The translations under genes and the position numbers were made by a program. This document shows, one piece after another, positions 10,445 to 21,104 of a DNA stretch of 50,278 nucleotides; position 1 is the first letter of the stretch; each line of letters starts with the position of its first letter. Location: contig CAZGJQ010000002.1 in assembly GCA_964525815.1 (NCBI GenBank), forward strand, positions 1-50,278, given 5' to 3'. The notes beneath the pieces were generated by a model that was not told the origin of the DNA, did not search any database, and was given only the letters and a program-made list of their open reading frames with translations. This stretch comes from an uncultured Oscillospiraceae bacterium. GTDB taxonomy: Bacteria > Bacillota > Clostridia > Oscillospirales > CAG-382.

Positions 10445-10699
10445 TTACTTAGCCTTTTCTGTTATTTTTACCAGACGCCATCTCTTGTCCTTGGAAAGCG
10501 GGCGTGTTTCCATAATAAGAACCTTGTCGCCTACGGCACATTCGTTGTTCTCGTCGTGTGCCTTGAACTTGACCGTTCTTTTTATGGTCTTTTTGTATAA
10601 GGGATGCTGAATACTGTCCTCAATTGCCACTATAATTGTTTTGTCCATCTTATCACTGACAACCCTGCCGGTTCTTGTTTTTCTCATAGCTCTTTCCAT
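10445..10699 (-). CDS. rpsQ: 30S ribosomal protein S17
   Basis: 84 aa, [22 protein letters not shown]...[29 protein letters not shown]. Confidence 0.96.
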   Translation of the reverse strand: MERAMRKTRTGRVVSDKMDKTIIVAIEDSIQHPLYKKTIKRTVKFKAHDENNECAVGDKVLIMETRPLSKDKRWRLVKITEKAK

Positions 10700-10715
10700 A
10701 TCCGGTTACTCCTTT

Positions 10716-10922
10716 CTATGCCTTTGCCTTCTCGGCGAGTTCCTTCTCGCGGAGCACAGTGAGCAATCTTGCAATAGTCTTTTTGGTTTCGACTATCTTC
10801 ATCGGATTGTCGAGCTGATTGATAGAATGCTGAAAACGAAGGTTAAAAAGCTCCTCTTTCTGCTCGTTCAAGGTCTTCTGAAGCTCAGAAGGACTCAATT
10901 CTTTTATATCTTTTATATTCAT
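10716..10922 (-). CDS. rpmC: 50S ribosomal protein L29
   Basis: 68 aa, ELFNLRFQHSINQLDNPMKI. Confidence 0.94.
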   Translation of the reverse strand: MNIKDIKELSPSELQKTLNEQKEELFNLRFQHSINQLDNPMKIVETKKTIARLLTVLREKELAEKAKA

Positions 10923-10936
10923 AATGTTACCTCCTG

Positions 10937-11353
10937 TTATTCGAGGTCGGACTTGGTAGCAAATTTACACTTAACCGGAAGCTTGTGTGATGCAAGACGC
11001 ATTGCTTCCCGCGCCATTTCTTCACTGATCCCGTCCATTTCAAACAAGACTCTACCCGGCTTGACAACGGCAACCCAGTACTCCGGACTGCCCTTACCTG
11101 AGCCCATTCGGGTCTCGGCCGGCTTTTCGGTTACAGGCTTATCGGGAAAAATCTTTATCCAGACCTGACCGCCTCTTCTTATATAACGGGTCATTGCTAC
11201 ACGAGCTGCCTCTATCTGATTGCTTGTAATCCATGCAGGTTCGGTTGCAACAAGACCGAATGAACCGTTTGTAATCCTGTTGCCTCTCGTTGCCTTGCCC
11301 TTCATACGGCCTCGGTGAGCACGCCTGTATTTAACTCTCTTAGGCATTAACAT
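10937..11353 (-). CDS. rplP: 50S ribosomal protein L16
   Basis: 138 aa, [24 protein letters not shown]. Confidence 0.97.
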   Translation of the reverse strand: MLMPKRVKYRRAHRGRMKGKATRGNRITNGSFGLVATEPAWITSNQIEAARVAMTRYIRRGGQVWIKIFPDKPVTEKPAETRMGSGKGSPEYWVAVVKPGRVLFEMDGISEEMAREAMRLASHKLPVKCKFATKSDLE

Positions 11354-12033
11354 TATCTTCTGCCTCCTTCGTTAACCGTGTTTCTCTTCATTTCGGGAAG
11401 AACCTCTCCCTTATATATCCAGACCTTAACTCCTATTTTTCCGTATGTGGTGTTAGCCTCAAAAAAACCGTAGTCAATATCTGCTCTCAGAGTATGCAGA
11501 GGAATAGTACCCTCATGGTAATGCTCGCTTCTTGCAATTTCCGCACCGCCGAGACGTCCGGAAACAGCAACCTTTATTCCTTTTGCGTTAAGTCTCATCG
11601 TTCTGCCGATGGATTGCTTCATGGCACGGCGGAAGGAAATCCTTCTCTCGAGCTGGGATGCGATGTTCTCTGCCACGAGCTGAGCGTTAAGGTCAGGATG
11701 CTTTACCTCCACAACCTTCACATCCACCTGAACATTATCGGGCTGTCCGAGAAACAGCACAATATCCTTCTTAAGCTTATCAATTTCAACGCCGCCCTTA
11801 CCTATTATAATTCCGGGCTTTGCGCAATGAATGATAATCCTTATACGAGAATTGTCTCTTTCAATCTCTATTCTCGGAACACCTGCCTGCTGCAGTCTGT
11901 TCTTGAGAAACTCTCTGAGCTTGTAGTCGGAAACCAAAGTGTCGCCGAAATTCTCTTTTTTTACATACCACCGTGAATCCCAGTCTTTTATTACACCTAC
12001 ACGCAATCCGTGCGGATTAACCTTTTGACCCAT
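11353..12033 (-). CDS. rpsC: 30S ribosomal protein S3
   Basis: 226 aa, [23 protein letters not shown] plus a KH domain. Confidence 0.97.
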   Translation of the reverse strand: MGQKVNPHGLRVGVIKDWDSRWYVKKENFGDTLVSDYKLREFLKNRLQQAGVPRIEIERDNSRIRIIIHCAKPGIIIGKGGVEIDKLKKDIVLFLGQPDNVQVDVKVVEVKHPDLNAQLVAENIASQLERRISFRRAMKQSIGRTMRLNAKGIKVAVSGRLGGAEIARSEHYHEGTIPLHTLRADIDYGFFEANTTYGKIGVKVWIYKGEVLPEMKRNTVNEGGRR

Positions 12034-12047
12034 AGTTTGTCTCCTCC

Positions 12048-12398
12048 TTAATCTCTTTCCTTAAGCGCAATCGTAACATGTGAAGTGCGCTTTATAATCC
12101 GAAAGGCACTGCCTCTTGCTCGAGGCATAACCCTCTTCATATTCTTCAAAATGCCGGGAGTGACAAAACATTCCGCAACATACAGCTTCTCGGGATCCAT
12201 TTGATGATTGTTCTCCGCGTTGGCAACAGCCGATTTAAGAAGCTTCTGTATACTCTCACATGCGATTTTATTTGTGTTTTTTAATATTGCGGCTGCGTAA
12301 GCCACATCCTTGTTTCTAATCAAATCAAGTACGATTTTCACTTTTCTGGGTGAAATACGCAATTGCTTAAGATAAGCCTTTGCTACCTTGGTTTCCAC
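12048..12398 (-). CDS. rplV: 50S ribosomal protein L22
   Basis: Contains [20 protein letters not shown]. The likely start is GTG 12398, 10 nt after AAAGGAGG; the ORF-track TTG at 12419 lies inside that SD. Confidence 0.92.
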   Translation of the reverse strand: METKVAKAYLKQLRISPRKVKIVLDLIRNKDVAYAAAILKNTNKIACESIQKLLKSAVANAENNHQMDPEKLYVAECFVTPGILKNMKRVMPRARGSAFRIIKRTSHVTIALKERD

Positions 12399-12426
12399 AG
12401 TAATAGTGCCTCCTTTCAATCAGCCG

Positions 12427-12705
12427 TTATTTTGTATTTGTTGTCTTGGAGCCCGAATGTCCCTTGAATATTCTCGTCGGAGCAAACTCACCGAGCTTGT
12501 GTCCGACCATATCCTCTACCACATAAACCGGAATATGCTTTTTTCCGTCATGAACCGCAATAGTATGTCCCACGAACTCAGGGAAAATAGTGGAAGCACG
12601 AGACCAGGTCTTAATAACCCTTTTCTCGTTCTTCTTATTCATTTCAATTATGCGGCTGTATAATTTTTTATCTACAAACGGGCCTTTCTTTACGCTTCTG
12701 CTCAC
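12427..12705 (-). CDS. rpsS: 30S ribosomal protein S19
   Basis: 92 aa, [12 protein letters not shown]...[17 protein letters not shown]. Confidence 0.97.
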   Translation of the reverse strand: MSRSVKKGPFVDKKLYSRIIEMNKKNEKRVIKTWSRASTIFPEFVGHTIAVHDGKKHIPVYVVEDMVGHKLGEFAPTRIFKGHSGSKTTNTK

Positions 12706-12726
12706 TGTAATAATCCTCCTTTACGC

Positions 12727-13560
12727 CTATTTGTCGTTCTTGTGCTTGACAATAAACTTGTTGGTGCGAGCCTTCTTGTTCCTTGTCTTATAACCGAGAG
12801 TTGGCTTGCCCCAAGGAGTAACAGGAGAAGGTCTTCCTATTGGTGAGCGTCCCTCACCGCCGCCGTGCGGATGGTCTACCGGGTTCATCGCCGAGCCGCG
12901 TACGGTCGGTCTGATACCAAGGTTTCTCTTCTTGCCCGCCTTGCCGAGCTTGATGTTCTCATGCTCAATGTTTCCTACCTGACCTACTGCAGCGGTACAG
13001 TCCAGCCGAACCATTCTTACCTCGCCGGAAGGAAGTCTTACCTGAGCCATTCCGTTTTCCTTAGCCATAAGCTGCGCTGCCGCTCCTGCGGAGCGTACGA
13101 GCTGAGCGCCCTTTCCGGGATACAGCTCAATAGCATGAATAAATGTACCTACCGGAATTCTGGAAATCGGAAGTACATTTCCGGTCTTAATATCTGCGTC
13201 GCTGCTCGAATAGACGGTGTCTCCCGCTCTGAGTCCGTTGGGAGCTAAAATGTAGCTTTTCTTTCCGTTCTGGTCAGCCAGCAGTGCAATGTAGGCGGTA
13301 CGGTTGGGGTCGTACTCGATACCGATAACCTTAAATCCCGTATCCTGAGCCTTACGCTTAAAATCAATAATTCTGTATTTCTTTTTGTTTCCGCCGCCCT
13401 TATGACGAACGGTAATTCTGCCTGTATTGTTACGACCCGCGTTCTTCTTTAATGTCGTTATAAGACTTTTCTCAGGAGTCTTTTTAGTCACCTCGTCAAA
13501 CGAGGGTGACGACATGTTTCTCCTTGAGGGAGTCGTAGGTTTGTATAATTTAGTCGCCAT
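12727..13560 (-). CDS. rplB: 50S ribosomal protein L2
   Basis: 277 aa, [33 protein letters not shown]. Confidence 0.97.
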   Translation of the reverse strand: MATKLYKPTTPSRRNMSSPSFDEVTKKTPEKSLITTLKKNAGRNNTGRITVRHKGGGNKKKYRIIDFKRKAQDTGFKVIGIEYDPNRTAYIALLADQNGKKSYILAPNGLRAGDTVYSSSDADIKTGNVLPISRIPVGTFIHAIELYPGKGAQLVRSAGAAAQLMAKENGMAQVRLPSGEVRMVRLDCTAAVGQVGNIEHENIKLGKAGKKRNLGIRPTVRGSAMNPVDHPHGGGEGRSPIGRPSPVTPWGKPTLGYKTRNKKARTNKFIVKHKNDK

Positions 13561-13578
13561 TGATTAAACTCCTTTCGC

Positions 13579-13872
13579 TTACATCAAACTATCGAAGAAC
13601 TCAATCGATTTGGAGTCCGGAGTAAGCTTGACAATTGCCTTTTTCCACTCGCTTGTGGTTCCTACATGATAACCCATTCTCTTGGGCTTGCTCTTGACGC
13701 TTATGGTGGTAACCTTTTCGACTTCCACCTTGAATATTTCCTCGATGGCTTTTTTTATCTCAATTTTGTTGGAATCGGGAGCCACCTTAAAGGTATACTT
13801 CTTCTGCTGCATATTCTGGATGGCAGCTTCGGTAATTACGGGTTTTAGGATAATGTCGTATGCTGATTTCAT
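13579..13872 (-). CDS. rplW: 50S ribosomal protein L23
   Basis: 97 aa, YDIILKPVITEAA...KYTFKVAPDSNKIEIKKAIEEIFKV. Confidence 0.95.
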   Translation of the reverse strand: MKSAYDIILKPVITEAAIQNMQQKKYTFKVAPDSNKIEIKKAIEEIFKVEVEKVTTISVKSKPKRMGYHVGTTSEWKKAIVKLTPDSKSIEFFDSLM

Positions 13873-14495
13873 TACGCATATACCTCCTCTATCTTAGCCA
13901 CCGCATCCTTTGCTATTATAAACTTGTCATACTTCAAAATATCATATACATTAAGAGAGTTGACAGGTGCGGTTGCAATACCCGGGATGTTGGAGGCCGA
14001 TTTTACGACCATTTTATCAGTCTCGGGCAGTACTATAAGTGCTTTACCCTCGATATTCAACGCAGAAAGCATGGATATAATCTTCTTGGTCTTGTACTCC
14101 TCAAGCGCGATATTGTCCACAACAATCAATTCGCCTGCGGCAACCTTGGAGGAAAGCGCCGATATCATAGCTGTTCTCTTAATCTTTTTGTTAATGCTTA
14201 CACGGTAGCTTCTCGGCTTCGGAGCAAAAACAACTCCTCCGTGAGTCCATTGCGGTGAGCGAATAGAGCCATGTCTTGCTCTTCCCGTTCCCTTTTGTCT
14301 CCAGGGCTTTCTTCCGCCGCCGGAAACCTCGCTTCTTGTGAGTGCTGACTGTGTACCCTGCCTTTGATTAAGCAGGTATGCTCTGACAACGGAATGCAGA
14401 ACCGTTTTATTAATGTCAGCGGCAAAAACCTTGTCGGAAAGAGTGATATCGCCGCATACCTGACCTTCCATATTATATAAATTTGTTTTTGGCAT
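13872..14495 (-). CDS. rplD: 50S ribosomal protein L4
   Basis: 207 aa, [39 protein letters not shown]. Confidence 0.96.
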   Translation of the reverse strand: MPKTNLYNMEGQVCGDITLSDKVFAADINKTVLHSVVRAYLLNQRQGTQSALTRSEVSGGGRKPWRQKGTGRARHGSIRSPQWTHGGVVFAPKPRSYRVSINKKIKRTAMISALSSKVAAGELIVVDNIALEEYKTKKIISMLSALNIEGKALIVLPETDKMVVKSASNIPGIATAPVNSLNVYDILKYDKFIIAKDAVAKIEEVYA

Positions 14496-14516
14496 CGTTA
14501 TTTCCTCTCCCTTCGC

Positions 14517-15146
14517 TTATTTTACGGTATCTCGAACAAAAACAATACCGCCGCGTGCGCCGGGAACCGCACCCTTTACGGCCAAAAGATTCTTGTCCGC
14601 ATCAATCTTGACTACTTCAAGATTCTGCATAGTAACCTGCTCGTTACCGTACTGACCGGCCATTTTTTTATTCTTAAACACCCTTGAAGGGTCGCTGGCA
14701 GCACCCATTGAGCCAACCTGACGGTGTACCGGACCGGTACCGTGTGTCATTCTCAGGCGATGAGCTCCCCATCTCTTGATAACACCGGAAAAGCCGCGTC
14801 CCTTGGTGATTCCTGTAACATCAACCTTATCGCCGACTGTAAATGTATCCGCCGTAACAATATCTCCTACATTCATTCCCGTAACGTCCTCAAGCCTGAA
14901 CTCCTTGAGATACTTCTTAAAGGAAACCTTTGCCTTAAGGAAATGTCCTTTTGCGGGCTTGTTAAGCTTCCTGTCCTCTATATCCGAGAAGCCGAGCTGA
15001 ACCGCCTCGTAGCCGTCCTTTTCCTTTGTTTTTTTCTGTGCGACAACGCAGGGTCCTGCGTTTATGACAGTAACCGGAATAACATTGCCCTTTTCATCAA
15101 AAAGCTGTGTCATACCGAGCTTTCTGCCGATAATACCTTTTTTCAT
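14517..15146 (-). CDS. rplC: 50S ribosomal protein L3
   Basis: 209 aa, [28 protein letters not shown]. Confidence 0.97.
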   Translation of the reverse strand: MKKGIIGRKLGMTQLFDEKGNVIPVTVINAGPCVVAQKKTKEKDGYEAVQLGFSDIEDRKLNKPAKGHFLKAKVSFKKYLKEFRLEDVTGMNVGDIVTADTFTVGDKVDVTGITKGRGFSGVIKRWGAHRLRMTHGTGPVHRQVGSMGAASDPSRVFKNKKMAGQYGNEQVTMQNLEVVKIDADKNLLAVKGAVPGARGGIVFVRDTVK

Positions 15147-15211
15147 TTTTTATATTCCTCCTTGGTTATTGGTTAACCCAAGCACGGGTTAACATGACCT
15201 GAATGTAACCG

Positions 15212-15523
15212 TTAAAGCTCAACATTAAAATCAACGCCTGCGGGAAGATCAATGCTCATCAGCGAATCGACGGCAGCCTTGGACGGCTTAATAATGTCGA
15301 TAAGGCGCTTGTGAGTTCTGTACTCAAACTGCTCTCTTGCGTCCTTGTATTTGTGAACCGCACGAAGAATGGTGATTATCTCCTTATCTGTGGGAAGCGG
15401 AATGGGTCCGGATACATTAGCACCGTTACGCTTAGCCGTCTCCACTATCTTCTCGGCAGCCTGGTCTATAAGGGTATGGTCATATGACTTAAGCCTTATT
15501 CTGATTCTGTCTTTTTTTGCCAT
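15212..15523 (-). CDS. rpsJ: 30S ribosomal protein S10
   Basis: 103 aa, [39 protein letters not shown]. First gene of the cluster. Confidence 0.97.
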   Translation of the reverse strand: MAKKDRIRIRLKSYDHTLIDQAAEKIVETAKRNGANVSGPIPLPTDKEIITILRAVHKYKDAREQFEYRTHKRLIDIIKPSKAAVDSLMSIDLPAGVDFNVEL

Positions 15524-15715
15524 GTGTTTTTTGCCTCCTTAAAATAATACAAAAAAGTTTTGGCGGCAAAGCAACGAACACTGCCTCGGGCGTTTCATAA
15601 TCGTCCCATAAAAAATGCTCTTTGCTCTCGCCCGATTGTCGGACATACTCGGCGGAAGTTACCTGCTTATTTTTTAGCAGCAATCTCCCGTTTCATCGCA
15701 CACCAAGCGAAAAAT

Positions 15716-15744
15716 AGAATAGCACACATACAAGAGCATTGCAA
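15716..15744 (-). promoter_or_regulatory. Candidate sigma-A promoter of the S10 operon (TTGCAA-17-TGcTATTCT)
   Basis: On the minus strand: TTGCAA (15744-15739), a 17-nt spacer ending in TGC (extended -10), then TATTCT (15721-15716). It would give a leader of about 185 nt before rpsJ. Confidence 0.3.
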
Positions 15745-15803
15745 TAGCTTTGTGCAAATTGATATGTAAATATTCTATGAACGGCATTGCCGATAAAAAA
15801 TAC

Positions 15804-15831
15804 TTTACATGCGTGAAAAATACTGTATAAT
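15804..15831 (+). promoter_or_regulatory. Candidate sigma-A promoter for pgcA (TTTACA-16-TATAAT)
   Basis: TTTACA at 15804-15809, 16-nt spacer, TATAAT at 15826-15831. GAAAGGAAAG SD before ATG 15868. Confidence 0.4.
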
Positions 15832-15867
15832 TATATAGAAGTATTATAGTTATGAAAGGAAAGCCTT

Positions 15868-17589
15868 ATGTATAAAAGATACAGAAGCTGGCTTGACAGC
15901 AAAATTATCGACGAGGAGACCAGAAAAGAGCTTATTTCGATTCAGAACGATGAGCTTGCGGTTAAGGAGCGCTTTGCGTTCCCGATGCAGTTCGGTACGG
16001 CGGGACTACGCAGCACCATGGCTGCGGGCATTTCTAAGATGAACATATACACCGTTGCGCATACCACCAGAGGTCTTGCCGAGCTTATTATAAAAAACAA
16101 TGCGCAGGAGCGAGGGGTTGCCATTGCCTTTGACTGCCGTAACAACTCCTCCCTGTTTGCGGAAACAGCGGCACGGGTGCTTGCCGCATATAGAGTCAGG
16201 GTGTTTCTGTTTGATTCTCTTCGTCCGACTCCGGAGCTATCCTTTGCGATTCGCTATCACGGCTGTATTGCCGGAATAAATATAACAGCCTCCCATAACC
16301 CCAAGGAATATAACGGGTATAAGGTATATTGGGAGGACGGTGCGCAGCTTCCGCCCGAGCATGCACGGGTGGTTTCGGACGCTGTGGAGGCTGCGGATAT
16401 ATTCGAGGATGTTAAATATGCCGATTTTGACAAGGCAAAGTCGGACGGTGTTATAAAAATAATAGGAGCCGAAACGGACGAGGCATATATAAAGGCGGTA
16501 CTGGACTGCCGAATATGTCCCGAAGCGACGAAAAAGCAGGGTGACAGCCTTAACGCTGTATACACTCCCCTGCACGGTACGGGATATAGGCTGATACCCG
16601 AGGTTCTGCGTCGTGCCGGAATTCCAAGGCTGAGAACAGTGGAGAGCCAGATGACACCGGACGGAAACTTCCCCACAGTCGTATCTCCTAATCCGGAAAG
16701 CTCAGAATGCTTTGAGCTTGCCGTTGAAATGATAAGAAGAGAAAGCATCGATTGCGAGCTTATACTCGCAACCGACCCGGACGGAGACCGCTTGGGTGTA
16801 ACTGTCAGAGATGATAAAGGAGAATTTTATACCCTGAGCGGCAACCAAATCGGCGCTGTTCTGATTGATTATATAATAAAGGGCAGAAGGCAGCAAAATT
16901 TACTGCCGGAAAATGCCTGTGCAATTAAGAGTGTGGTATCCGGTAACCTTTTTGACGCTATTTGCGACAGAGCCGGGGTTAAGCACCTTAATGTGCTTAC
17001 CGGATTTAAGTACATCGGAGAAAAAATTAAGGAGTTCGAGAAGGATAATTCCTATACCTTTATCTTTGGATACGAGGAGAGCCACGGCTATCTTTCGGGC
17101 GGGTATGTACGGGATAAGGATGCCGTTGCGGCGGCTCTGCTTGTAACCGAGGCGGCCTCCTATTACAAGGAGCGGGGCAAGACCCTTTACGGAGTTATAA
17201 AGAACTTATACAATGAGTACGGTTATTTTAAGGAAGCGGTGCTGAATATTGTCATAGACGGAATAGAGCCCATGACTGATATGTCGCGGAAAATGCACTA
17301 TCTACGGAACAGCGAGCTGAAAAGAATAGGAAACACCGAAATAACCGCCGTCAGGGATTATAAAAACGGCACCAGAACCTCCCTAAGAGACGGCAGTACT
17401 CAGCCCAGCGGACTGCCCGAAAGCGATATGCTCTATTTTGAGCTGTCCGACAGTACCGCAATTATAGTAAGACCCTCCGGCACCGAGCCGAAAATTAAGG
17501 TATATATTCTTGTCTGTGCCGAGTCCGAGGGTGAATGCGAACGAATGCTAAACGATTACAGGTCTGAAATGAAGCATATTTTAAAATAA
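15868..17589 (+). CDS. pgcA: Phosphoglucomutase / alpha-D-phosphohexomutase
   Basis: 573 aa with the phosphoserine loop GINITASHNPKEYNGYKVY, the Mg site ATDPDGDRLGV and a C-terminal RPSGTEPKIKVY. Confidence 0.9.
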   Translation: MYKRYRSWLDSKIIDEETRKELISIQNDELAVKERFAFPMQFGTAGLRSTMAAGISKMNIYTVAHTTRGLAELIIKNNAQERGVAIAFDCRNNSSLFAETAARVLAAYRVRVFLFDSLRPTPELSFAIRYHGCIAGINITASHNPKEYNGYKVYWEDGAQLPPEHARVVSDAVEAADIFEDVKYADFDKAKSDGVIKIIGAETDEAYIKAVLDCRICPEATKKQGDSLNAVYTPLHGTGYRLIPEVLRRAGIPRLRTVESQMTPDGNFPTVVSPNPESSECFELAVEMIRRESIDCELILATDPDGDRLGVTVRDDKGEFYTLSGNQIGAVLIDYIIKGRRQQNLLPENACAIKSVVSGNLFDAICDRAGVKHLNVLTGFKYIGEKIKEFEKDNSYTFIFGYEESHGYLSGGYVRDKDAVAAALLVTEAASYYKERGKTLYGVIKNLYNEYGYFKEAVLNIVIDGIEPMTDMSRKMHYLRNSELKRIGNTEITAVRDYKNGTRTSLRDGSTQPSGLPESDMLYFELSDSTAIIVRPSGTEPKIKVYILVCAESEGECERMLNDYRSEMKHILK

Positions 17590-17602
17590 AAGAGCCACAA
17601 AT

Positions 17603-17632
17603 AATTCCGTCGGGGTTAGCCTTGACGGAATT
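17603..17632. terminator. Hairpin between convergent pgcA and the Dlt-like operon
   Basis: AATTCCGTC (17603-17611) pairs with GACGGAATT (17624-17632) across a 12-nt loop. No clean U-tract on either strand. Confidence 0.4.
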
Positions 17633-17645
17633 CCCGCATATTGGG

Positions 17646-18161
17646 TTAATCGAGTATCGCCAAATAATTAATTCCGCTAACAATGTCCTCATCCACGATA
17701 AACTGCAGGGTGCTGTCCCCTGAGGTATAATTATAGAACCTACCCTCCGCTGTGTAGTCGTCCCCATAGGCTTCCAGCAGCTCCGAAAGGGAGCATCCGA
17801 TATAAACACCATTTTCGGCGGAAACGGTGTCGTCCAGCAGTACAACCGTAAAAATATAATCGGTATCGTTAAGCTCGTAGGTGCTTATCTCAAAGCTGCC
17901 ATAATTATAGTGCTTATCCATTCCCTGAAAAGCACAGCTCGGGGCTTCAAAATAATCCATGGGCTCTCCCAAGGCGGTAATAACGGATTCCGCTCTTGCG
18001 TTCATGCGAACCGTAATATTGTTGTATTTAAATGAGAACCCCTTGTCATTTTCGGCTTGTGATTCAATAGAATCCGTACCGGATAAGTCGGTGTCTGTTT
18101 TCTCACCGCAGCCCGACAACAGCAGCAGTACAATAAGAATTATAGCAATGATTCTCATCAT
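17646..18161 (-). CDS. Lipoprotein of unknown function (last gene of the Dlt-like operon)
   Basis: 171 aa with signal peptide and lipobox (LLLLSGC). Its start overlaps the upstream stop by 4 nt (ATGA), suggesting translational coupling. Confidence 0.75.
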   Translation of the reverse strand: MMRIIAIILIVLLLLSGCGEKTDTDLSGTDSIESQAENDKGFSFKYNNITVRMNARAESVITALGEPMDYFEAPSCAFQGMDKHYNYGSFEISTYELNDTDYIFTVVLLDDTVSAENGVYIGCSLSELLEAYGDDYTAEGRFYNYTSGDSTLQFIVDEDIVSGINYLAILD

Positions 18162-19249
18162 TCATTCTCCTTCCCGCCGTTCTTGACCGGCGAAGCTCCG
18201 TAGCTCTTCAGGTAGCCGTATTCCTCCAGCTCGTATTCCTGATGCTCCTTCATCTCGTAATAAAAGCGTACTTTCGGCTCCCAGATTCTTTGCAGCTCGG
18301 GCTTGTTACTGCGGTCGGTCAAGCCGAAGTCCTCGCTTAATATTCTTCCGAAGTAATCGGTCAGCTTTTCGGCACCGCTGAGGTTCAGGTGCATACCGGC
18401 GTCATAGGTGTCCGTTTTGTAATCAATTCCGATTTCAGCCGCAAGGCCGAGGAAGTTTATATAGGTAAGCTCATTTACCTGCGCAAACTTCTTAATCTGC
18501 TCATCCCACTCATCATACCAATGCGGGTATGCGCTGGGTGCTTTTATCAGAATCAGCTCTATGTCGTTCTCCTTACAGAGAGCCGTAATACGCTCAAGAT
18601 AGTAGTTATTCTTTTCTGAGAAATTGTAGTCAGCCAGTTCCTTCGGCTTGGGTAAATAGGACAGCGGCTTAATATCCGTTCTCATAAGGAAGCCGTTGTG
18701 GGAAACCTTTTCCTTCCCGAAAAGGTATTTAAAGTCCTCAGAGGTAAGCTCGCTCCATCTTGAGTGATACCTAAGAATAGGAAAAATATACGTTATAAAC
18801 TGCTCGTCCTCCAGCATGGAAGCTTTTATTGCGCTTATTTTTGACCCGGACAGCCGCATACCGTCCAGGGTAAGGCGGTTATATTCCTCCTTGTGCGGCT
18901 CACTGTTTTTCATTGCCAGCACATTGAAAACAACAGCATCCGGATGCTCATACTTAAGCGTTTCCTCAAGCAGATAATAGGATTGCCAAACAGACTGCTC
19001 TGCGCTCCCTCTGATATAGCTCGTTATACCGTAATTCTCCCATAGGGTAACGGGAGAAAAGTTGGAAAACACCTCGCAGTCCCCCAAAAAGATAACATCA
19101 TGATCCTTTTCCTGGTCGTAATACTCCTCCACAAGATTTCCTTCAAATATCGAAGTCATGTACTTGGGCATAAGCAATCTTTGAGTAACGGACAGGATTA
19201 TTACGGCAAGCAGTAATACCGACAGGTTAATTAATAGCTTTTTTTTCAT
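18158..19249 (-). CDS. DltD-like / SGNH-fold membrane-anchored protein
   Basis: Start taken at MKKKLLINLSVLLLAVIILSV (ATG 19249, GAGGA SD); the ORF-track start overlaps the MBOAT gene. It has an N-terminal anchor, a block-I-like FLGDCEVFS and a C-terminal YDAGMHLNLSG (DltD DTxHL-like). Sits after the MBOAT gene as dltD does. Confidence 0.7.
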   Translation of the reverse strand: MKKKLLINLSVLLLAVIILSVTQRLLMPKYMTSIFEGNLVEEYYDQEKDHDVIFLGDCEVFSNFSPVTLWENYGITSYIRGSAEQSVWQSYYLLEETLKYEHPDAVVFNVLAMKNSEPHKEEYNRLTLDGMRLSGSKISAIKASMLEDEQFITYIFPILRYHSRWSELTSEDFKYLFGKEKVSHNGFLMRTDIKPLSYLPKPKELADYNFSEKNNYYLERITALCKENDIELILIKAPSAYPHWYDEWDEQIKKFAQVNELTYINFLGLAAEIGIDYKTDTYDAGMHLNLSGAEKLTDYFGRILSEDFGLTDRSNKPELQRIWEPKVRFYYEMKEHQEYELEEYGYLKSYGASPVKNGGKENE

Positions 19250-19265
19250 CTCGGTATCCTCATTG

Positions 19266-20858
19266 TCAAAACTGACTGTAAATAAACTGCGATGCGTTAT
19301 AGCCCGCTCCGTAAGCACCGAATACTATTGTCGAAAAAAACAATGCGAAGTTGGTGCAATATCTTAGCATAAGAGGCTTTTTATACAGCCTCTCGCGAAC
19401 ACTTCCCGCTCTTTGCTTAAGGCTTACGGCTATCATTAGCGTTATCGAAAGAATAAGTACCATATAATCGGGCGTGGAAAGACCTAAATTAAGTAATCCC
19501 CCGCCAAGAACCTCCCGAATATTTAAGTGGGTGAACACCGTTCCGAACATTCTGAAGGTGGTTCCTACCCCCTGATAACAGTCAAGGGTGCGCAGCAGGC
19601 TCATAAGCCAGAAGGTACGGGCTACCTGAAACAGCCGGTACCAAAAGGTATTAGCTACGGAAAATCTTGAATGGAATCTCGAATACAATGGTGTGCACTC
19701 GTGAGAGGCCAATATAACAACCGCATTAAGCAAACCCCAGACAATAAAGTTCCAGGAGGAGCCGTGCCAGATTCCGGTGGAAAACCATACCACCATGGTC
19801 GCAATATATACCGGAACTCTTTTTCCGAGCGCATTGCCAAAGCGGCTCCTGCATTTTTTCGAAAGATTAAGTACGGGCTTGCTGACCGATATAGGATAAA
19901 ACAAATAGTCCTTGAACCAGGTTCCCAGCGTGATATGCCACCTTCTCCAGTATTCCGCAATGGACTTTGAGAAATACGGTCTGTTGAAGTTTTCGGGCAT
20001 GCGTACTCCCAGCATTTGCGAAATACCGAGTGCAATATCAATTCCTCCGCTAAAATCCGCATACAGCTCTATCGCATAAAAGAGCATACCAAGCACGACA
20101 TATATTCCCGTGTACATTTCCGGACTGCCCGTTATAGTGCTTACCGCCACCAGCAGACGGTCGGCTATTACGAGCTTCTTAAAAAAACCCCACAACACCC
20201 TCTGCAGCCCCAAGGAAGCATTCTTTCTGTCGTAGCTATGCTCCTCGAACAGTGTTTGCTTAAGCCGGTCAAAACGGCTTATCGGTCCCTGCACAAGCTG
20301 CGGAAAATAGGAAATGAACAAAGCCAGCCTGAGAATGCTTTTTTCGTAGCTATATTTACCCCTGTACACATCAATCAAATACCCCATGCTCTGAAAGGTA
20401 TAAAAGGATATGCCCAGCGGAACGGCAAGCTTTAGATAAGATAGCTCCCTTTCCGGATTGAACAGCCGTATAACGCTGTTTATATTGGATATGGAAAAAT
20501 CAATATATTTTAAAGCGAAAAGAACACCGAAGTTAATGAGCAGGCATATAATCAGCCATTTCTTCTGCCTTTTCTTCATTAATGCCTTGTATTCTTTGCC
20601 TTGTTCTCTTGAAATTGCGTCTTTTTTGCTCTCAAGATAATCCGCTTGCTCCTGCTTGGAACGGTTTATCCTATAGCTCGCATAAAAGGTGGTTGCGGTT
20701 GCGGCTAAAATATATATCAGGAATTTTATACCCAAAAAGGCATAAAAAACATAGCTTGCCGCCAGCAGCAGAAGCCATTGAAAACGCTTTGGTATCAAAT
20801 AATAAACGGCAAGCAGCACCGCAAAAAAAAGTATAAATCCGTATGAAGTAAACAGCAT
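19266..20858 (-). CDS. MBOAT-family membrane O-acyltransferase (AlgI/DltB type)
   Basis: 530 aa, polytopic, with the conserved His region EYWRRWHITLGTWFKDYLFYP. Confidence 0.9.
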   Translation of the reverse strand: MLFTSYGFILFFAVLLAVYYLIPKRFQWLLLLAASYVFYAFLGIKFLIYILAATATTFYASYRINRSKQEQADYLESKKDAISREQGKEYKALMKKRQKKWLIICLLINFGVLFALKYIDFSISNINSVIRLFNPERELSYLKLAVPLGISFYTFQSMGYLIDVYRGKYSYEKSILRLALFISYFPQLVQGPISRFDRLKQTLFEEHSYDRKNASLGLQRVLWGFFKKLVIADRLLVAVSTITGSPEMYTGIYVVLGMLFYAIELYADFSGGIDIALGISQMLGVRMPENFNRPYFSKSIAEYWRRWHITLGTWFKDYLFYPISVSKPVLNLSKKCRSRFGNALGKRVPVYIATMVVWFSTGIWHGSSWNFIVWGLLNAVVILASHECTPLYSRFHSRFSVANTFWYRLFQVARTFWLMSLLRTLDCYQGVGTTFRMFGTVFTHLNIREVLGGGLLNLGLSTPDYMVLILSITLMIAVSLKQRAGSVRERLYKKPLMLRYCTNFALFFSTIVFGAYGAGYNASQFIYSQF

Positions 20859-20876
20859 AAGGCTAACCCTTGTTCT

Positions 20877-21104
20877 TTATTTTTCCTGCAATCGCTCAAT
20901 CAGAGCATACATCGCCTTTGCGGAGTTAAAGTTCTCCGGTACTATTTCCTCAACCGGTATCATAACATCAAACTCGTCGTTTATCTCGGCGATAATGGTT
21001 ACTATATCAAAGGAATCAATGATGCTGTCGTCAATCAGCCTCTCACTGCTCCCGAAATCAACCTCGGGGTTCTGCTCGTTTAAAATCCTAATCAGTCTGT
21101 CCAT
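20877..21104 (-). CDS. DltC-like acyl/aminoacyl carrier protein
   Basis: About 75 aa. LIDDSIIDSFDIVTIIAEINDEFDVMIPVEE parallels DltC LLDSFGTVELLLAIENRFDI (Ser for phosphopantetheine). Start taken at MDRLIRIL (21104), overlapping the upstream stop by 17 nt. Confidence 0.85.
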   Translation of the reverse strand: MDRLIRILNEQNPEVDFGSSERLIDDSIIDSFDIVTIIAEINDEFDVMIPVEEIVPENFNSAKAMYALIERLQEK

